From Gemmatimonadota bacterium (GTDB lineage Bacteria; Gemmatimonadota; Gemmatimonadetes; Gemmatimonadales; GWC2-71-9): DNA of 51,222 nt. The stretch is taken from contig JAZDCY010000023.1 of assembly GCA_036679645.1 (NCBI GenBank), forward strand, positions 1 through 51,222, read 5' to 3'. Positions 47,440-51,222 of the stretch are shown one piece after another. The translations under genes were made by a program, and so were the position numbers. Under the pieces are notes generated by a model. It searched no databases. It saw only the letters and a list, made by a program, of their open reading frames with translations, and was not told where the DNA came from. How positions within the stretch are numbered: position 1 is the first letter of the stretch; each line of letters starts with the position of its first letter.

Positions 47440-47506
47440 TCCTATCGGCGGTCGGGAGGGTCCGGCTCGCCACACTTACGTTCCGTCGGCCATCCCACGA
47501 GGTCTT

Positions 47507-47923
47507 ATGCCTGAATTCCACGTCAACTACCTAGCCGTTGGCGCGGCAGCGCTGGCCACCATGGTCATTGGTGCGGTTTGGTACTCGCCGCTGTTGTTCA
47601 GCAAGCTTTGGATGAAGGCCCACGGATATTCGGAAGAGGACGTCGAGCAGATGCGCAAGACGCTCGGCCGCGCCTACATGGTGTCAATGTTCTGCTATGT
47701 AGTGATGGCCTTCGTACTCGCGGTGCTCGTTTCCTGGGTGGGTGTCACGACGGTGCTGGAGGGAGCCGTTCTCGGTCTCCTCGTTTGGATCGGATTCCTC
47801 GCCACCCTGGGTCTGACTGCCAATATGTTCTCAGAGAAACCGTTGTCGACGTACCTCATCGATGCTGGCTATCAGTTGGTTTACACCGTGGTAATGGGCG
47901 TCATACTCGCAGCGTGGCGGTGA
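47507..47923 (+). CDS. DUF1761 membrane protein
   Basis: NYLAV..IGAVWYSPLLF..W, IDAGY. Confidence 0.85.
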   Translation: MPEFHVNYLAVGAAALATMVIGAVWYSPLLFSKLWMKAHGYSEEDVEQMRKTLGRAYMVSMFCYVVMAFVLAVLVSWVGVTTVLEGAVLGLLVWIGFLATLGLTANMFSEKPLSTYLIDAGYQLVYTVVMGVILAAWR

Positions 47924-47987
47924 GGCGGATAGTTTCGAGCCAGGTCCTTACGGGTTTTGCCTCACGCACCTCACAGGAGTGACTGCC

Positions 47988-49310
47988 ATGCGCATCTCCG
48001 CGTCCACCCGAGCCGTGTTCCTCAGTGTCGCGCTCTGCGTCGCGACTGTGTCCGTCTCTCCCGCTCAGGTCACGGCCATTCGCGCGGGCGGCCTCATCGA
48101 CCCAGAGACGGGCACACTCGCTGCCGACCAGGTCATCCTGATCGAGGCCGGCCGATTCACGGCCGTCGGGCCCAATGTGGCCATTCCGGCGGGCGCGGAG
48201 GTGATCGACCTCTCGGATCTAGTCGTGCTGCCGGGACTCGTAGACGCACACAACCACTTGGCGCTCACTTATAAGGAAGAGCCCGAGAGCAACGTCTACT
48301 ACCTCACGTACGTGATGGAGAGCACGCCGCTGCGCGCGATCCAGGCAGTCTCCAACGGTATTCAGATGCTCGACGCGGGCTTCACGATCGTGCGCGATAT
48401 GGGGAACGCCGGGAACTACGCGGATGTCGCGTTGCGTCAGGCGATCGAGCAGGGCTGGATTCCGGGGCCGACGATCATCAACTCCGGCATCATCATTGGC
48501 GGCATGGGCGGGCAGTTCTGGCCGACCCCTGAGATGGCGCTCGATCACAATATCGTCTACCCCGAATACCTCGACGCCGATACGCACGACGAGATCGTGA
48601 AGGCGGTACGACAGAACGCGCTGTTCGGGGCACGTGTGATCAAGATCTGCGTCGACTGCAAACCGTGGGGCTACACCACCGAGGAGATACGCCTGTTCAT
48701 CCACGAAGCGGACAGGGCGGGACTGAAGGTCGAAGGGCACGTGCAGACGGTCGATGGCGCCCGGCGTGCGATCGAGGCCGGTATCTGGTCCATCGCGCAC
48801 GATCGTGGTCTCACGGAAGAGATGCACCGAGCAATGGCAGAGAAAGGCATCTTCCGAGCGGGTACCGAGACACCACTCTCGCTCACCGGCCATACGACGC
48901 GCGAACGGTACGAACGAACGGTCGCGGGTTTGCGAAATGCATACGAATTGGGCGTGCCGCTCACGTTCTCGACCGACGCCGACTACTACATCCCAGGCAT
49001 GACCCGCGGCGAAGTGGCAATCGAGTTCATCGAGACATGGAAGGCTGCCAATATTCCGCCTGTCGACATCCTTCGTGCAATGACGACCAACGGCTTTCGC
49101 GTGAGCGAAACAGAGGACACACGCGGCCCAATCCGACCTGGACTGATCGCGGATCTCATTGCGGTTCGCGGCAACCCACTAGAAGACATCGATGCGCTGC
49201 GAGACGTGCAGTTCGTCATGAAAGGCGGCATGGTCTTCAAGCGGGACGGTGTGATGATGCCCGCCTCGTTCTTCCATGGCGGGCCGGTGAACGGTTGGAG
49301 GATTCGGTGA
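47988..49310 (+). CDS. Exported amidohydrolase-family protein
   Basis: LPGLVDAHNH, GFTIVRDMG, FSTDA, ADLIAV.GNPL. Confidence 0.88.
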   Translation: MRISASTRAVFLSVALCVATVSVSPAQVTAIRAGGLIDPETGTLAADQVILIEAGRFTAVGPNVAIPAGAEVIDLSDLVVLPGLVDAHNHLALTYKEEPESNVYYLTYVMESTPLRAIQAVSNGIQMLDAGFTIVRDMGNAGNYADVALRQAIEQGWIPGPTIINSGIIIGGMGGQFWPTPEMALDHNIVYPEYLDADTHDEIVKAVRQNALFGARVIKICVDCKPWGYTTEEIRLFIHEADRAGLKVEGHVQTVDGARRAIEAGIWSIAHDRGLTEEMHRAMAEKGIFRAGTETPLSLTGHTTRERYERTVAGLRNAYELGVPLTFSTDADYYIPGMTRGEVAIEFIETWKAANIPPVDILRAMTTNGFRVSETEDTRGPIRPGLIADLIAVRGNPLEDIDALRDVQFVMKGGMVFKRDGVMMPASFFHGGPVNGWRIR

Positions 49311-49373
49311 CGGCGCCTCTTCCGCCTGCCCAACCAATCGCCCATACTATGAGCGACTTCAACCTCCCATCCC

Positions 49374-50672
49374 ATGCGACCGCTCGCTCTCCTTCTCGTA
49401 GTGATCCTCGGTCTGGACGGCAACACGCCCGCCCTCTCCGCGCAGGACCGCGGTGGCGTCACCGCTTTTCAACGCCAACTCGCCGTACGGATACTTGATC
49501 AGGTACAGAACGCACTCGACGGGCTGTATTACGACTCCACCTTCGGCGGCAAGAACCTCGATCGTTTCCGATACGAAGCGCAACGGACGATCGACACCGC
49601 GTCTACCAGACCCGCGCTTTTTGGCGCGGTTGCACAGTACGTGCTGAACCTCGGTGACTCGCACACCAGGTTCTTCCCACCCGGTCTCACGGTATCTGTC
49701 GACTACGGCTGGACGTGGCGGATGATCGGGGAGAATTGCTATGTCTCGGAGGTACGGCACGGATCCGACGCCGAGCGGCAAGGGCTCGCCGTGGGCGACC
49801 AGATTCTTGCAATCGGTGGCGTAAGGCCGACTCGCGAGAACATCTCGCTCCTCGGGTATGTCTCACATTTGTTGCGCCCCACGCGCAGCCAACGTCTCTA
49901 CGTGGCGGGGTACGATGGTGAGCGGCGCTGGGTCGAGTTCGAGTCGAAGATCGAGCGGTTGCCATCTCTCATGAACTACGAAAACCTAGAGCACTTGCGA
50001 TACCTGCGCGATCAGGCGGCGTTAGGCGGTCGGGTCGAGCACCAGTTCGAGACGCGGGACAGTGTGGCTATCTGGCGGTTCAACCAATTCGGGTTCAGAG
50101 ACCGGCGGCTCGACGACTACATGCGGCGCGCTCGTGACTATCCATGGTTGATCGTGGATCTGCGCGGCAACCCGGGTGGTGCCATCGAGGCGTTGACGAG
50201 ATTGCTGGGTCACTTCTTCGACGAGGAGTTTTCGGCGTACACGGAAATACGACGAGATTCCACCATCGAGCACATGGTGGAGCCAAGAGGCGAACCCTAT
50301 CAGGGCCAGGTTGTGATCTTGGTCGATTCGCGGTCCGCGTCGTCGTCCGAGTTGTTCTCGCGTGTGCTACAGCAGCACGGCAAGGCCATGGTAGTCGGGG
50401 ACAAGACCGCCGGTGCCGTGCAGGTGGCGTTAGGTCTTGGCCAACGTATCCAGGCATCGAATCGCACGTTCTACTACGGAATGCAGATAACGGTATTCGA
50501 CGTCGTGATGGCGGACGGGGACCGGCTCGAGGGCAAAGGCGTGATTCCCAACGTCGCGGCGCTGCCCACGGGCCGCGATCTCGCCGAAGGGCGCGATCCG
50601 GCAATGCAGTTCGCGCTCGAGTTGGCGGGCGTGAAGGTGAGTTCCGAAGAGGCCGGCCAGATCTGGCACTAG
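49374..50672 (+). CDS. S41-family peptidase with PDZ domain
   Basis: DSHT, DLRGNPGG, SASSSE, EGKGVIP. Confidence 0.88.
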   Translation: MRPLALLLVVILGLDGNTPALSAQDRGGVTAFQRQLAVRILDQVQNALDGLYYDSTFGGKNLDRFRYEAQRTIDTASTRPALFGAVAQYVLNLGDSHTRFFPPGLTVSVDYGWTWRMIGENCYVSEVRHGSDAERQGLAVGDQILAIGGVRPTRENISLLGYVSHLLRPTRSQRLYVAGYDGERRWVEFESKIERLPSLMNYENLEHLRYLRDQAALGGRVEHQFETRDSVAIWRFNQFGFRDRRLDDYMRRARDYPWLIVDLRGNPGGAIEALTRLLGHFFDEEFSAYTEIRRDSTIEHMVEPRGEPYQGQVVILVDSRSASSSELFSRVLQQHGKAMVVGDKTAGAVQVALGLGQRIQASNRTFYYGMQITVFDVVMADGDRLEGKGVIPNVAALPTGRDLAEGRDPAMQFALELAGVKVSSEEAGQIWH

Positions 50673-50739
50673 GGCTCATCTCGCCATTGAGGGGTATCAC
50701 CCAAAGAGGTGCCGAAACAGCCGAACCTGAGGTCGTGCC

Positions 50740-51222
50740 ATGACTGCTCTTCGCCAGATCCTCCTCGCCGGTACCGCGCTCGCGCTCGCTGGTTGTGCCG
50801 GACTCAGGGTCAATAGGGACTTCGATCGTGACACATCGTTCGAGGCCCTTCGCACGTACGCCTGGGTCGACCTCTCCGATGACGAGCGCAGCGAAATGGA
50901 AAGTGTCAGCCCGTTCCTCGAGCGCCGGCTCGCTCGCGCCGTCGATACCGTGCTCGAAGCCCGCGGATTCACCCTGCGCAACGAGGGGGATGCCGACTTT
51001 CTGGTCGATGCGTATGTCGTTTCAGCATACGGCGGAAGTGACTCGAGCGTCGCGGCGCAGTACGGATACGGCGTCCCGACGGTGAGCCTGGTCTTCGGGC
51101 TTGGCTACGGCTCTGGAGGCTACGGTTATTCGCGCGGGAGCTTGGGCTACGGGAGCTTTGGCTACCCGTATCTCGGCCTGTCGAGTTTCGGTGTCGGGTA
51201 CTTCGGCGTGCCGTACTTCGGT
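50740..51222 (+). CDS. DUF4136-like lipoprotein (3' partial)
   Basis: ATG 50740: LALAGC lipobox, DFDRDTSFEALRTYAW; runs off the window. Confidence 0.75.
   Translation, partial: MTALRQILLAGTALALAGCAGLRVNRDFDRDTSFEALRTYAWVDLSDDERSEMESVSPFLERRLARAVDTVLEARGFTLRNEGDADFLVDAYVVSAYGGSDSSVAAQYGYGVPTVSLVFGLGYGSGGYGYSRGSLGYGSFGYPYLGLSSFGVGYFGVPYFG

Noticed and set aside
109..51085. Numerous overlapping Arg/Pro/Ala-rich ORFs in the track
   Set aside because: Shadow frames typical of high-GC DNA overlapping better-supported genes
1..51222. Genome-wide UGA reassignment (code 4/25)
   Set aside because: Many clear genes end in TGA, often with ATGA/GTGA overlaps
1..51222. CRISPR array, tRNA/rRNA (including selC), integrase or IS
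   Set aside because: No regularly spaced repeats, recognisable structural RNA or recombinase/transposase motifs seen by eye

Overview
GC-rich bacterial window, probably Gemmatimonadota-like (inferred from the GWxTD, DUF5916 and small ELEERLD-type proteins; not verified). Ordinary envelope and hydrolase genes at both ends surround a ~22 kb heavy-metal island (~12.9-35.3 kb), flanked by four toxin-antitoxin modules and several gene remnants. The island holds an Hg-type MerR with three matching mer-like promoter/operators, two MerT-like transporters, an intact MerB but no MerA, CusCBA, three beta-barrel transporters and two putative leader peptides. Main result: the merB operon appears to encode two exported selenoproteins that the ORF track splits. 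One is an HMA/MerP-like protein with GMT-U-TGC (TGA 30220-30222); the other is a thioredoxin-fold protein with PT-U-GGC (TGA 31799-31801). Each TGA is followed after 9 nt by a similar SECIS-like hairpin, which suggests a selenocysteine-assisted organomercury/metal detoxification system. Also notable: an ECF sigma with a zinc-finger anti-sigma fused to a TlpA thioredoxin, and an Omp85 gene paired with a lipoprotein kinase-like gene. All family assignments come from motif recognition by eye; no searches were run.
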